Shown: positions 22,328-34,948 of the stretch, piece after piece
Numbering within the stretch: the stretch's first letter is position 1
Layout of the letters: every line of letters begins with the position of its first letter
NCBI GenBank assembly: GCA_026026165.1
Contig: JAPEUD010000010.1
Span: forward strand, 62,001 to 126,000
Direction: 5' to 3'
DNA from: Sarea resinae
Taxonomy: Eukaryota
DNA length: 64,000 nt
The notes under the pieces: model-generated
Database searches by the model: none
Told to the model about the DNA's origin: nothing
The model's input: the letters and a program-made list of their open reading frames with translations, nothing else
Program-made: the position numbers and the translations under genes

Positions 22328-25300
22328 GATCAGGTGACACGAATCTTATCTGATCTCACCTTATCTAGAGTACCGGATAGAGGATGTACGAGATTTTGTG
22401 CCAGTACCACACCACAGTACAAAGTACCTTCGTAGGTTCATAAGCCCGGTACCTTACCTACTACGTACTCGTAGTATATGAAGCAGTGAAGGCTAAGGTA
22501 GATAACTCCCGTCCTCATCTGATGGTGCTGCTTGATGAGAGAAACTAGGGAAAGGCAACAAGGCAACTGTCGCTCAGCGACCCGGAGTGTCTCAATAAAA
22601 GCTATCGCTTAGTTGATTATTTGGCGTGGGTTTCGAGCTGTTACGCACACCAAGCCGCCATCCTCTACCAGGCTAGGAGATACCGGATAAGGCGAGTTGG
22701 TGAGCACTTCAGTGACTACTAAGCAAGAGCCTCGGACATCTCCCGGCACTATCGCACTCCAGCTGTTTCGTACATGCGTGGTGATAGCAAAAGCGGATCC
22801 ATACACGTCAGAAGAACCTTGGAGCTGGATGCGTCAGGGTTCCGTGCCACGGTGGGTCGTCAGAGTAGAGTGAACATGCAGCTCGACTCAACAGGCATAT
22901 TCGTAGTCTTACCTTACCCCGTACAGAGCAGTAATCAGTGCTCATGTCTAGATTACGCACCAAGCCCGGCCTGCCGAAATCCGATCTCTACAATTGCAAG
23001 GACTTTCCGAAGCATTTCAATCGGTCGGTCATTCTCCTCCAAGATCATCCCGCCAATATGGGCAAATCAATTGAAGACGCTGGATGGATACCTCTTCATC
23101 AGAGCCGACTTGATCACCATACTTCTTACTTCTCCTCAGCCACCCCTGCAGAGCGTTCAGAGCGCTCCTTCCTTGATTTGGCGTATGTGACATGAGGTCC
23201 ATCGCGATCTCGTCCGTCATTCACGGTATCAACAGTGCCATGCAGGGGTACCGCGCCGATCTCCTCCTGCGTGCGATCCCATCGTTCCATAGTAGCAACG
23301 TTGCTCCTTTTAGCTCTTTGTTTCCCTGAGAAGTTCATAGGCGGGGATCGGCTAGCTTACTCCACTAAACTTATCGCGTGAACAATCTAGAGCAGAAGTA
23401 CGTTGAGAGATTATCAAAGGCATGAGTTGCGAAAACCAATTGTTCATCGTTCGGAATCAGAAACAAGTCTGACAGGAGTCTCGGCGGTTGACTAGCAGGT
23501 ACAGTTTTCAAGCGATTGTACTACTGTAGCTTCTTCGCATGGCGGGGATACCGGGCCTACCCACGAAAATGGCAAGGAAATTTCCATGTTTGGAGGAGTA
23601 CGGAGTCGTGCTAGATTCGGGTTCCTTCGTGTAGAAGCGCCTACCTAGAGTACTCTATCTGAGCAGCTACTGGCAAAAGTCAATCGGGAAGCTTGATCGA
23701 TCATGGCAATCTCTTGTCTTCTTTCTCTGCTTCTCTGGCGCATCTGGGACTCTGCTGGGTCTGTAAATCCGCAGGGTCGAATCTGCCGTGGGTTGAGTAC
23801 TGCGCTCCAAGATAGTGGTGTTGACAAACCCCTGGCCCCTTGGGAGACATCAGGATGCCGAGGGCGTGGCGTGGGCGTGGGTGGCGTGTCATGAGCGTAA
23901 TGAATTGGCGATGGTGGCTCACCTCAACGATCGTGAAGAGGGATGACGTCGCGGTGGTCTAGAACACAAAGATAGGGCACCTAAGGTACCTACCTAGGTA
24001 CTTCTGTAGATGAAAGAGCCGGCCGCAGGAGCGGAGTACCTTCGTACTCCATACAAGACGGGCCTCAAGCACTTGAACCACATCCCGCAGTAGGTATGTA
24101 CCGTACGTACTAGGTAAGGTTCTCGGTGAATCGGCACGAATATGCGTCAAGACAACATTGATGTGAAGAAGTCGTTCTGGTCTAGGGCTACCTCAGTCCC
24201 TGAGGCAGGCCCTGTATCTTGCACATCGTAGATTGTCGACCAGCAGGAGCATACTGTAGTAGGGTGAGAAGGTGGGAGGGGTGGACATGACGGAGTAGAG
24301 GTGTTGGGATCGCTAAGTACCTCCCTAAGGTATGGATGTACGGAGTAAGGAAGTGCAGGAGGGATTTGTGGATTGGAAGAGGATTTGCATGGTGGTGAGG
24401 GCGGGCAGTCGGGGCACGATGGCACGAGTAGGACCCGACGCACTGACGATGCCATCTCCTGCGCAGTAGGCCGATTGGCGCCGGGCTCGAGCTCCGGGGA
24501 GCCTGATAACCGATCATTCCATGCCTAACTCGACATGGCAAGGCACGGTCGGTCGGCAAGGATGCGGTGGGGTTGCGGTACCGTAGTGCACGCCCTAGAG
24601 GATGCAGAGGATGCAATTCATTCCAAATGCCATCTCGGTCGACTCTCACGCTGCGAGCACGCACGCACAGGGGCCCTTGGCCCTTTTCATCGCTGGAAAC
24701 TAGTAGAAGCATCGCCGGGGCCAGGGGCCCGCCCTCCCTGAAAGGCCGGATGGGAAAGGTCTCAATTTGCATCTCCGCACAGGCATACCATGGACCGCTT
24801 TTCCATCCACTAGGAGAGCGGCATCCTGACTAAGGTACCTACCTAGCGAACATCTTTGGAGTCCCGATCATTAGCTGTCTTTACTCTACTCGCACTCTCT
24901 GGATAGCAATGCCCTCGGTCGGCCGACCGTCAGCGCGTCCTTCGACTGCCCGAATGACTTCATATCAGGCAGCCCTGAGGCCATTCGGGACTACCTCCTT
25001 AGCGGACATTGCTGGACGCTTGGAGCTTGGAGTGGTGAAGCACGAACCCCCCTCCCCCCCGCGCACACCCAAGACCGATCGTTGGGTGAGGAGCACTCGG
25101 AGCAGAATTCCGTAGTATTCCTGCGTACTTCGTACTCATCATAGTAATTCGTAGACAACCTGGAAGGCCACACTGGGGCACCTGGGCGCGATCTCGAGCT
25201 CGACTGGGTACCTGCCAAGTACCGTCGTGACTTGACCACATCGTCTACCCACGATAACATGCCGCGAATTCAGACACCACGGGCACTACAGACACACACG

Positions 25301-25487
25301 CGGTTACCTACCCAGTACCCATTGCACCTTCCCATTGACACTGCGACTGGCGACTCCACTCACGCATACCTGCCCGCCTCCCGGTGCTGACCTTTCTACA
25401 ATAATAACTTCCGCACCCCCAATCTTGGCCGCCAACCATCACGATACGCAGTCCATCATCACCTCACCCACCCAAGGATCTTCTCGA

Positions 25488-25643
25488 ATGCTTTCATCAC
25501 TATCGTTGCCATTGTCAGGGTATGTTTGGCACCCTTGGCCTTCCGAGGAGACAGGGCTAATTGCATTCCTGGCCGGCAGGAATCCAATTATCCAGAAATC
25601 CGGAAACTCGCCTACCGTTTTGCCACCTCGCTCGCTGTGTTAG
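25488..25643 (+). other. Candidate spliced uORF in the bZIP 5' leader
   Basis: ATG at 25488; canonical 60-nt intron 25520-25579 (GTATGT/CTAAT/CAG); TAG at 25641-25643. Confidence 0.4.
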
Positions 25644-25812
25644 AGCCATCAACACAGACATCGTAAAGATCGCTTTGGACGTGCTTTCCAGTGCCCCGAA
25701 TCTCCATCAGTGCAGTTCTTATAAGCAACGACCTCAATTGGTCGTGTCGAATTGCGAAGTGTCTGAACTTCGTCCTTATATACCAGGAAAACCTCATTAC
25801 TATAGTAACAAC

Positions 25813-27219
25813 ATGGCCGCCGCCACTCAAGGCTACACAGCCACTCCATTCTCGGACACATTACCAACTCCTGGCTTTTTTACCGCGGCGCTCGCTGCTG
25901 ACGAGGGCCAGAATCCTTTCGAAGCCTCCTGCAGAGAAGAAAATGCCAAATCGGCTTTCGCCAAGGATCCAGGCGCGACAGGCGATATCCCCCAGTTCCC
26001 TTCTCTCGGCACCGGTGTGTCTTCGCCATTCAGCTTCTCTCCGAAACAAAACACCTCAGGCCTACCACAAATCAAGACCGAGTTTGATTCACCATCAGAG
26101 GCGAGGCGTAAGTATGAAGGGCCTTCGCTGGAAGACATGAATGTCGCGCCTTCGGAAATGTGGAATGCCTCCCGCCAGGAAGACTCATTACAATCTCGAC
26201 AGAAGCAGGCAGTACATCTCCAGAACCTGTCTCCACCACAGTCCTCGAGCGAGTCGCCACCGGATAAGTGGAACTCTTTCCAATATAGCGATCCGACAAA
26301 TCCTTCTTTCGAACACCTACTGTCAGAGCGCAACCTCATTGCTCAAGCTCGATTCGGCAATGTCACTCCTCCTGAAGATAATCCGCCGAAATCCGCCGTA
26401 GCTACGGGCGCCTTTGATTACCATTCGGCAAAGAAGCAGGCATCGAATAGGAAGAGTTCAAATACCACCAAATCAGCGGCAGTGATTAATGGGAAGCGAA
26501 AAGGGGGAAGATGGGCCAGTCATACCGATGAGCAGACTGCTGAGTCTAATGCTTCAAAGAGACCACGTAAAGCTAGCACTAGCAATCGCACGAAGTCCGA
26601 TGCTCTGGAATCCACCGAATATTTGGGCCATGAAGAGGATGATGCGAAAAGGAGCAAGTTCCTAGAAAGGAACCGTGTAGCTGCAAGCAAATGTCGACAA
26701 AAAAAGAAAGAGTGGACAGGCAATTTGGAGGCTCGAGCACGAGATCTTCAGAACGCCAAAAATCAGCTCTCTGTCATCGCCAGCTCGCTGAGGGACGAGG
26801 TGCTGTACTTGAAAGGGGAGATGCTCAAGCATAGTAGCTGCAACTGCGCCTCTATCCGCGAGTATCTTAACCGTGAAGTCACCAATATTGCGAATGCGGA
26901 CCATTCTCGTCTGCCATATTTTGGTCACGGCCCTCCATCTAGTCGAATAAGCAGCATGCCCAACAGTCACAGTCCTAGCTCTAGTGAGCTTTCCAGGCGG
27001 ACGAGCATCCTGTCCGATTCGAGGGCCACACCTGGAGAGAGTGAAGCAAGTTCGCTTAGAAACTCTGACTTGGCTTCTGGGAATGGCACGCCATCTCAAT
27101 TAGAAATGCAAGGTTCGCCCTCGTTCAAGTACCGCGAGGATGATAATTTGCATGCACTGCTGTCGGCACAGCTTGCACCAGGGGGCATGGGGGATGCTTT
27201 CGCGATGAGAGCAACTTGA
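25813..27219 (+). CDS. ATF/CREB-family bZIP transcription factor (Atf21/AtfB-like)
   Basis: KRSKFLERNRVAASKCRQKKKEW plus leucine zipper ending LKGEMLKHSSC. First in-frame ATG at 25813. Confidence 0.9.
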   Translation: MAAATQGYTATPFSDTLPTPGFFTAALAADEGQNPFEASCREENAKSAFAKDPGATGDIPQFPSLGTGVSSPFSFSPKQNTSGLPQIKTEFDSPSEARRKYEGPSLEDMNVAPSEMWNASRQEDSLQSRQKQAVHLQNLSPPQSSSESPPDKWNSFQYSDPTNPSFEHLLSERNLIAQARFGNVTPPEDNPPKSAVATGAFDYHSAKKQASNRKSSNTTKSAAVINGKRKGGRWASHTDEQTAESNASKRPRKASTSNRTKSDALESTEYLGHEEDDAKRSKFLERNRVAASKCRQKKKEWTGNLEARARDLQNAKNQLSVIASSLRDEVLYLKGEMLKHSSCNCASIREYLNREVTNIANADHSRLPYFGHGPPSSRISSMPNSHSPSSSELSRRTSILSDSRATPGESEASSLRNSDLASGNGTPSQLEMQGSPSFKYREDDNLHALLSAQLAPGGMGDAFAMRAT

Positions 27220-28488
27220 TATGAGCACGAAATGTGAGTTGGGACAGGGACGTTACACTATAGCTGTAAGATGAGTATGATTTAGCTTGTTGAAAGCGGG
27301 CAATACCAACGGATTCTTGAATGGTTGGGTGGCAGGAATTGGCGTTTTGATATTCGGCTGTTTAATGGCTTCAATTGACTGTTAGCAGAGCGCTGGAGGT
27401 CGGTGGTATGTATTTCGTCGCTTCATTTCCTATTCAAAACATGACAGCAGCAAGCACATCACTCCATTGAGTGAAATCGCGAAACTCGAAAAGTTTTTAT
27501 AATGCTCAAAAACCATGTCTCCTTCCAATTTGTATTGCAAGACATGCTGTCTCGCTTTCGACAACTTTTCGAGCTGGTGAAGTATGCCCAAGAGTAAGAT
27601 CTCGTCGAAGAATACCGTATGACTTTGAAATGCTAGTAGACACCGTGTGCTCTGGTACCCAAGTGAAATATAATGACCCTCACTCCGTCCGATTGGTTAC
27701 TCTGGCAGGTGATTGCCTCGATATGCTCAGGAGCAAGTCAGGCAGATGAGAATATTCGCTGAGGACCTCCTCGCACGATGCCGTCGTGTGCAGGTGTACG
27801 CCACTTCCCTGCATGGGCGAGAGGCTAGATTGCCAGCGAGTGGAGTAAGAAGGCCTGGCTTTGTGATGAAGGTAGGTTTGTTGGCTTTTGCAGTCTTATC
27901 TTTGGGGAGGGAAGGCGGGAGTGATAACTATCAGAATGCCATGGGTTGACCGGCGAAGGGACCAGGACCGAGCAAGAGTAAATACAGAAGAAAGGGATAG
28001 AGGTGAGAAGAGAGAAAGAGGAGCGAGGCTCGGGCATAATAGAGAAAAAAAAATCAATGGAGCTCGGGCCAAGTGGGCGGATATTGGGTATGACGATTAG
28101 GGGTCATTTGGGACATGTAAAGGTTAATAGATAGGGAAGGTCTGCGAAATCAGGCTGATATCAATCTCCAATCTCGATCTTGATCCTGGTTTAGTGGACT
28201 GGGGCGAAAAGCCACTCGCTTCTCAGACGATATGCATGCTGTGTGTATATGAGAGCATGGCGGATGATTAGTGCTCTCGACGCCTCAAGACCTCACGATG
28301 ATGGTATAGAGATCGTAGATTCCTCAAGCCTCGCGGGACCTAGATGACAGAAAGAGGAATGCCTAAGGTGGATGATCGAGTACTGTAGAACAATGAGAGA
28401 TGATGATTGACGACGACAAGGGTGGTGAGGGGAGGTGCAATTACGCCCGTATTAGATATCTACGTATTGCACCGGTTCGAGGCGGTGT

Positions 28489-28972
28489 TCAATATTTGGC
28501 CGAATCATCAGGATGCGCCATGTCCTTGGACCGCAGCGGGCTCATCGAAACCGAATACTCAAACTTCCGATCGACCAACTTCAGGAGCTCGGGATCGACA
28601 TTGTTTGTGTTGAGCCCCATTTGGTATTCTCCTCCGTCAGTAGGCGGAGGTCGAATGGGCCACCAATAGCATCTAGCGTACACAACATCAGTCTTCGATC
28701 GAACGGAGCAGAAATGGCTTGACTTACACGCAACCGCAGTTATCGCAGAAGTTGAAAGACAGGTCTCGATCGCCCCAGACATACTGCTTGGTCACTGCGT
28801 TCGGCTTCGTGTCGATCTGCACTTCGTCGGGATGGTAGTAGCCCCACGCGGCGCCGTAGCGTCTACAGATGGTGCATTGACATAGGTAGACGCATTCGGG
28901 GAGTCGGGGAACTGTGACTGTGATGGCGCCGCAGTGGCAGCTGGAGCGGATCGAGGTGTCTGTCGCCGCCAT
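28489..28972 (-). CDS. GFA/CENP-V (Mss4-like) zinc protein
   Basis: SCHCGAI, CQCTICRRYGAAWGYY, FCDNCGCV motifs. Intron 28727-28673. Confidence 0.88.
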
Positions 28973-29570
28973 GTGGTCTCGTGTTGTTCAAGCTGGAGTA
29001 TGGGCAGTGTGTGAACGTCGGCCACTTCTCACGAAGAAAGTCCCATGTTTTCCGAACGGGAAGAACACGTTTTATGTATTATTGTACGAGTATCAATGCC
29101 ATTGGCCTTGGCCCAAGGCAGCAACCAGGGCGCGTCCACCTCGCGAATATCTTCGACCTTACGTAGGTAAGTAGGTAGGTCCGTTGTTCTGAGAGACTTG
29201 GTTTCACATGCAACATCATCTCGAGCTTCACAGATGAATCAAGTTTCTACCTTACCAGCGCCTCCTTCCCCTCTACCACCCTCTCCGATCGCCCTTGTCA
29301 AGATGAAAGTGTCCGCTGCAGATTTGATCATTGCCCTCCAGCTGGTGACAGAATTGGCCCCATCGGGAAAGGCGCTCGGGCGGGTAACTGGGCGGGTCAC
29401 TCACCTTGCCCACAGGTACGTACCCGTCCACCCTGTTCACCGGCCATGATCTCCACACTCCAAGGGAAAAGGTAAAGATCTTTGGAGAACGAGGTACGAT
29501 CCGTCAATCGCTCACACTCTCCTCTTCCACTCCCTCTTCCTCCTCTTCCTCCTCTTCCTCCTCTTCCCCT

Positions 29571-29594
29571 CCCCGCCCCGCCCCGCCCCGCCCC
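29571..29594 (-). repeat. (GGGGC)4GGGG tract preceded by CT-rich repeats; G-quadruplex-capable
   Basis: CCCCGCCCCGCCCCGCCCCGCCCC on the + strand, in the SWD2 leader. Confidence 0.8.
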
Positions 29595-29631
29595 TCTCCT
29601 CCCTCCATCCTTACATTGGCCCACCACACCC

Positions 29632-30914
29632 ATGGCCGTTGCCGCTGCTCCTGCCACAGGACAGCCCTCTGCGGCCAAGGTCTCCGATGTCATTGCCAGC
29701 TTCAGACCCACCAAAGTAGGTAGGAGACTCGATCTCAACTCAATCCGATCCAATCCGCTCCCTCGAGCCCCTTCTCCTAACGCTGTCTGCACAGCTCTTC
29801 CGTCTTGCCAAACAAAACACCTCCATTACCTCTCTTGATTTTGACGACTCGGGCGAGTTCCTCCTCGCCGCCTGCGATGATGAGTCGCTGCAGCTGTACA
29901 ACTGTAAGGAGGGCAAGCACGTCAAGACGTTGCTGAGCCAGAAATATGGCGCCCATCTTGCACGGTTCACGCATCATGCGCAGAGTGTCATATATTCGAG
30001 TACCAAAGTCGATGGTACGTGTAGATCATAGTATCTGTCAGCGGAGAATGCCTGCAACTAATTCAATCCCTCCCTCCCTCGGGTTGACAGATGGCATCCG
30101 CTACCTCTCCACCCACGATAACCAATTCCTCCGCTACTTCAAGGGCCACACTGCCCCCGTGACCTGTCTCACCCTCTCCCCCTCCTCGGACAATTTCATG
30201 TCCTGCAGCCTCGACAACACCGTCAAACTCTGGGACCTATCGTCCTCGCATCCCCAGGGAGAGCTCCGCCTCCATGGTGCCTACTTCTCCGCCTACGATC
30301 CCTCCGCCACCGTCATAGCTATCGCCTCGCCCTCCACCTCCTCCATTCTCCTCTACGACCTCAGAAATTACGACAAACCCCCTTTTGCTACATTCGACTT
30401 ACTCTCCACCGAGAAGGTCTTCGCTCCTCAGCATGTCGGCCATCCAGGCAACAGCTACTGGACCAAACTCGAGTTCTCCAACGACGGGAAGTCTCTCCTC
30501 ATCGCCACCAACGGTCCAGGGCATTACCTCCTCGACGCCTTCGACGGCCACGTCAAAGCATTCATTGCCCGCCGCACAGGCTCGACTCCACCTTCGCGCC
30601 TCGCCCCAGGCGGCGCCTCATCCAATCCAAACTCCCAACCGCCGCCACCAGCAGGCCAAGGCGATGCCTGCTTCTCTCCAGACGGACGCTACATCATCGG
30701 CGGCGCCGGGCCTGCAGGTGACATGGTCGTCTGGGATGCGCATGCCTCGCCGGGTCCGGACAAGAAATTAAGACCCGTGGCTGAACTGCTGTGTAAGGGG
30801 CGTCCTGCTGCGGTCGTTGAGTATAATCCACGATTGAATTTGATAGCGAGCGCGGATCGAGAATTGGTGTTTTGGCTGCCGGACCCGGAGGCGAATGTTG
30901 GTGGCGGACCATGA
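29632..30914 (+). CDS. SWD2: WD40 protein Swd2 (COMPASS/CPF subunit, WDR82 orthologue)
   Basis: SFRPTK|LF...ITSLDFDDSGE, SQKYG, SSTKVD|DGIRYLSTHDNQFLRYFKGH, LYDLRNYDKPPF, LEFSNDGK. Introns 29716-29794 and 30015-30090. Confidence 0.95.
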
Positions 30915-31372
30915 AGGGTCTCTGGAAGACCTGGGAGGGGTGCGAAAAAACGAAGGCAAAATAACGACTTCATTTCGAAGGGCGGACCGGCGTGGTTTGG
31001 CTTGGCGCACAAGGGCGAATTTATCCATCAACTGTACGCATCGAGTATCCCGTCTCATTGGGCTGATTGGTTGTCCGGCTAATTAGCGAAGTCGACATCT
31101 TTATTCCATCCTTATTATTGTCTATCGTCCCTGTGATCCAATGAATCTAGCAGCCTTCATACATTGTCCTCACATCTTACCTTACACGTTACCCTGCGCT
31201 ACCTGGAATCTACACACGCTAGACGAATCCGTCACGATCTCTATGGAAATACTATATTACCTCACAAGGCTTGCTAGTATAGTAAATAAGCAGGAATTAG
31301 TAGCTGGTCGCTGCTTTTGGTCTTAGAAGTAAAGACTGAGACGTTTTCTTCAGTTTAACGTACCTTACCTAT

Positions 31373-31404
31373 GTAGGTAGGTAGGTAGGTAGGTAGATAG
31401 ATAG
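31373..31404 (+). repeat. (GTAG)6 + (ATAG)2 microsatellite
   Basis: Direct read; lies between the convergent SWD2 and WDR44-like 3' ends. Confidence 0.9.
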
Positions 31405-31755
31405 GACTGTAGCTAGCAGAGGATAAAGAGAAGAGAGACGCGAGCTATTTATCCATAGCTATCCATCCATCCACAGATACCTTCTCTTGCTTTTATGAGC
31501 GAGGAACAAAAAAGAAGTAGGTTTCATATTGAGTTCCCCCCTGTCCCATCGTCACCACCTTGATCATGACCCCCAAGCGCCTGGATGGATTTGATGGGAC
31601 CGGAACGCCGCAAGTCGCTGTCCAAAGGCCCGGTGTAGATGAACGCCGTGAAAGCAGACACACACGACACACACACGAGAGACGTTAATCAGTGATTGTG
31701 ACACCCGTCCCACTTTCTTCTTACGCTGATTCACATTATGTTCATATATCACAAA

Positions 31756-34700
31756 TCATGCAGGCGTCCCGCACTTGGTACACAACAGCCTCTGACCCTG
31801 TCTCGTCATGCGCGCCCTAAAGCTGACACTGCCACATCGAACACAAGCGAGCTGTTCACCCTCAGTATCATCTTCCTCTAGACTCGAGCTCTCTTCAGAG
31901 CTCAAAGCGCTGACGGAAGAGACCTTTTTCACAATGGGGGGCCCAAGGAGATTCGGATCGCGAGATTGCGAATCACCGCGACTGCCATCGTTGAGGGCGG
32001 TGGTGGAGTCGTCGGCGTTTCGAAAACTTGTGACGGCGGCTTGGTCCATCCAATTGGCTTTGTTCCAGAAGAGGTAGGATTGCTCGCCTTGGAGCATGAG
32101 AGGATCGGGGGTACTGTCACGGCTTGGAGACACTGCGGTAGAGGTAGAAGCGCCGGTCGGGGTGTTGTTGGTAGTAGAGGTAGTGCCCTTGGCATCTGCG
32201 CTTGCATCGCCACGGATGCTCGGGGTCGAGGAATTGTTGTTGGCAGGAGAACTGACGTTGTTGACAACAGAGCCTTTCCGGGGAGTATTTGCAGCTTTGG
32301 GCGATGCCGTATTGAGAGACTTGCGGGGAGAGGCGCTGCGGCGGCGAGGATTGTTATGACTGTTACTCTTACTGTTAGTTTCTAGGCTGCCGTTGCTGAC
32401 AGAATTGCGCCACGAGAGTATTCGATCGGAAGGCTGCTGCAGTGATACAGAAGTGCGAGCCGATCTACCACTGTTCTTCGTGGCAATACTCGACGCTCTC
32501 CCCAGCATACCCGTGCCGATCTTCTTCGTAAGTCCGAAGCCCGTTTCCCAAGATTCGTGGCGTCTTTTTTGATAAGCACAGTCCTGTCGGAAAACTTTGA
32601 TCCAGCCAAGATAATCGGCTGTCACAATGATATTGCCGTCTGGATGCGCGGAACGAGCTATATACGTTGGAGTGAACTCTTCATGTTTCGGCGCCTTCAG
32701 AACTTCCGAGTGGCCGTTCTCGGTCGGGGCCTTCGATGACGGATTTGACTCCGTTCTGCTGATCAACATGACGGGTGGTGGATTGCAGAGATCGTATAAA
32801 GGATCACCCGAGTTACTGAGCAGCCTTTTGGTCGAAGTCGGAGCAAAGACAGCTGCAGTAGTAATGGCAGAGTGTGCCTCGAAGATTTCCACAGGATGTT
32901 TATCTTTCTTATCTGCTTCTGCGGGTCCAGTTGTCCAGATGTAGACCTTTCGATCCTCACTACCACATATGACATAGTGACCGTCATCGCTGAAGCTTGC
33001 ATGGATCTGACTACTTGTATTTTCATTGCCCCGGAATTTCACTTCCATAGCCTTGTCCCGTAGATTGTACAAGCGGACCCGTGAGTCGTTACTGGTGATA
33101 AGTAGCTTAACCTCTCCGTTTGGATCATCAGGAGGGTGATTGATCGCTTGGATACCGGTAATTTTGCTACCCTTTGCGTTTCGTCCATGTGAAGATCTAA
33201 CGTGAATTTGTGTGTGATATTTGAGCCCCTCGGTCTCGAAGAATAAGCAGAGACCGTTGAGGCATCCGGCAATGGCGGTTTTTCCATCAGGCGTAAATGA
33301 AACGGCCGTGATCAAGTCCGGGACGTGGTTCCAGAATGCGACACTTTTGTCAGGAATGCTCCATAAACGGAGCTTGGAGTCGAGAGAGCCTGCCAGGAAG
33401 AATCGGTCATCGCGTGGATGAAACTGGATGGCGGTGACAAAATCACTATGTCTAAAGCAACAAAGACACTCTGCTCTTGAGACGTGCCAAAGCCGCACAG
33501 TCTTGTCCATAGACGACGACAGGAGAAAATTGTTCTACTTCGATTAGCTTCGACTGCATCCCGACCCTCCCAGGAAGTGACTTACTTTGCTCCAGCTAAT
33601 ATCTAATACAGTCGAACTGTGACCTTCATAATTACGGATCGTCTTCTTCTTGAAAACAGGTGCATTCAATCGCACCCCTCGTTCACTAGCATCTAGCGTC
33701 GATGCATCTTCTTCTTTTTCGTGTTCCTCTCTCTCCTCAGGCGTTGATAAGACTGCCCAAACACGGACTATTTTATCTTGGCCACCGGCGGCAATGTATC
33801 TTCCATCCTTACTGAACTCTAGAGCCCAAGTGGCTCCCCCTGATTCCGTTGGGGAGAGTGGCTCACCGGGAGCTCCATGATGGCCGGAAGCAGGTCCATT
33901 ATGTAGCCCTTGAGCCAGAAAAAGACGGTTGAAGTCTTTCTCCTTCTTGTTGTGAGACCGAATCTTAATATATTTAGGAGGGGGTGGGAATCGAGGATGG
34001 TATGAAATGTTATCGATGGGTTGACAAAAGACATCGGCTTCCGTGCCTTCAATGCGGCTGTCTCCTTGCTCTGATTCGTCTTCGTTGTCTTCCGACGATT
34101 CCTTCTTCTTATTGGCTCTAAATCGGCTCAGAAACGAGACGCCCTTTCTATAAAAACGATACTGTCAGCCTGATCTCTCTATATTCGTTATTCCGCGACA
34201 CCGGACAGATTGCTTTCGTCTTCCCCGAACGTGCTCGATATCTTTCATATGGTGGAGAATCAATTGTGGGTTGCAAACTCACTTCTTCTCTTTTGGGACT
34301 GTGCCAGAGCTTTCCCCTCTGCTTAAGTCTGATGTAGGGTTAACGTCAGAAGACACAGCTCCAGTCTGTTGTGTGTCACTCGCTGACCCGCCTTCGGAGA
34401 CGCCCTGGCGAAGATGTGCAGGTATTAGATTCTCCGTATGGGTGCGCTTGAGGATATGCTACAGCGACGAAAGTCAGCGACAAGTGTAGTAAAAGCAGAC
34501 ATCAGAGCGCTCGGGCGCTCGGGCTCCGCGCATCATGCGCGTAGAGGAGTTACCTGGGACAGAGGGTCAATGGCTGATTGAGAAGCACTCTCCTCGCTAT
34601 TGGGCTGCAAAGATTGATTGGGCGAATTGGCGTCTCTGCTAGATAAATTCCGAAGGAACTTATTCGGGGCGCTCTTGGCGATTGAAGATTGTTTTCCTGC

Positions 34701-34948
34701 CCCTCCGAACTATCAGCATTGATGCATCATCTCGACTATGGCTGCAGCACAGCCACGTGCGCGGAAGCAACGAAGAAGCGCCCCGGCCATGACTCACCCT
34801 CTGAGTCTGTCCGCGAATGTGCCCTCGTGTCCCTCACATCATTAGCTTCGTCATCGATTGGCGACGGTATCGGCGTCCCTTCTTCGATGGACCGGGCATC
34901 CTTTGCCTGCGACCCGGTCACTTTGATCGTGGGAAGCGCATCCACCAT
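31756..34948 (-). CDS. WD-repeat protein 44-like (yeast Dgr2/YMR102C-type)
   Basis: IDPLSQ|HILKRT, WALEFSKDGRYIAAGGQD, SSSMDKTVRLWH, HSDFVTAIQFHPRDDRFFLAGSLD, LITSNDSRVRLY. Several introns; the first (from 34797) splices in frame. Confidence 0.9.

Noticed and set aside
28489..28972. GFA gene as a recent bacterial transfer
   Set aside because: It has a canonical spliceosomal intron, and the family is common in fungi.
1..30914. Two COMPASS subunits (Shg1, Swd2) and several ribosome-biogenesis genes as a functional cluster
   Set aside because: They are separated by many unrelated genes, as expected in a housekeeping-rich region.
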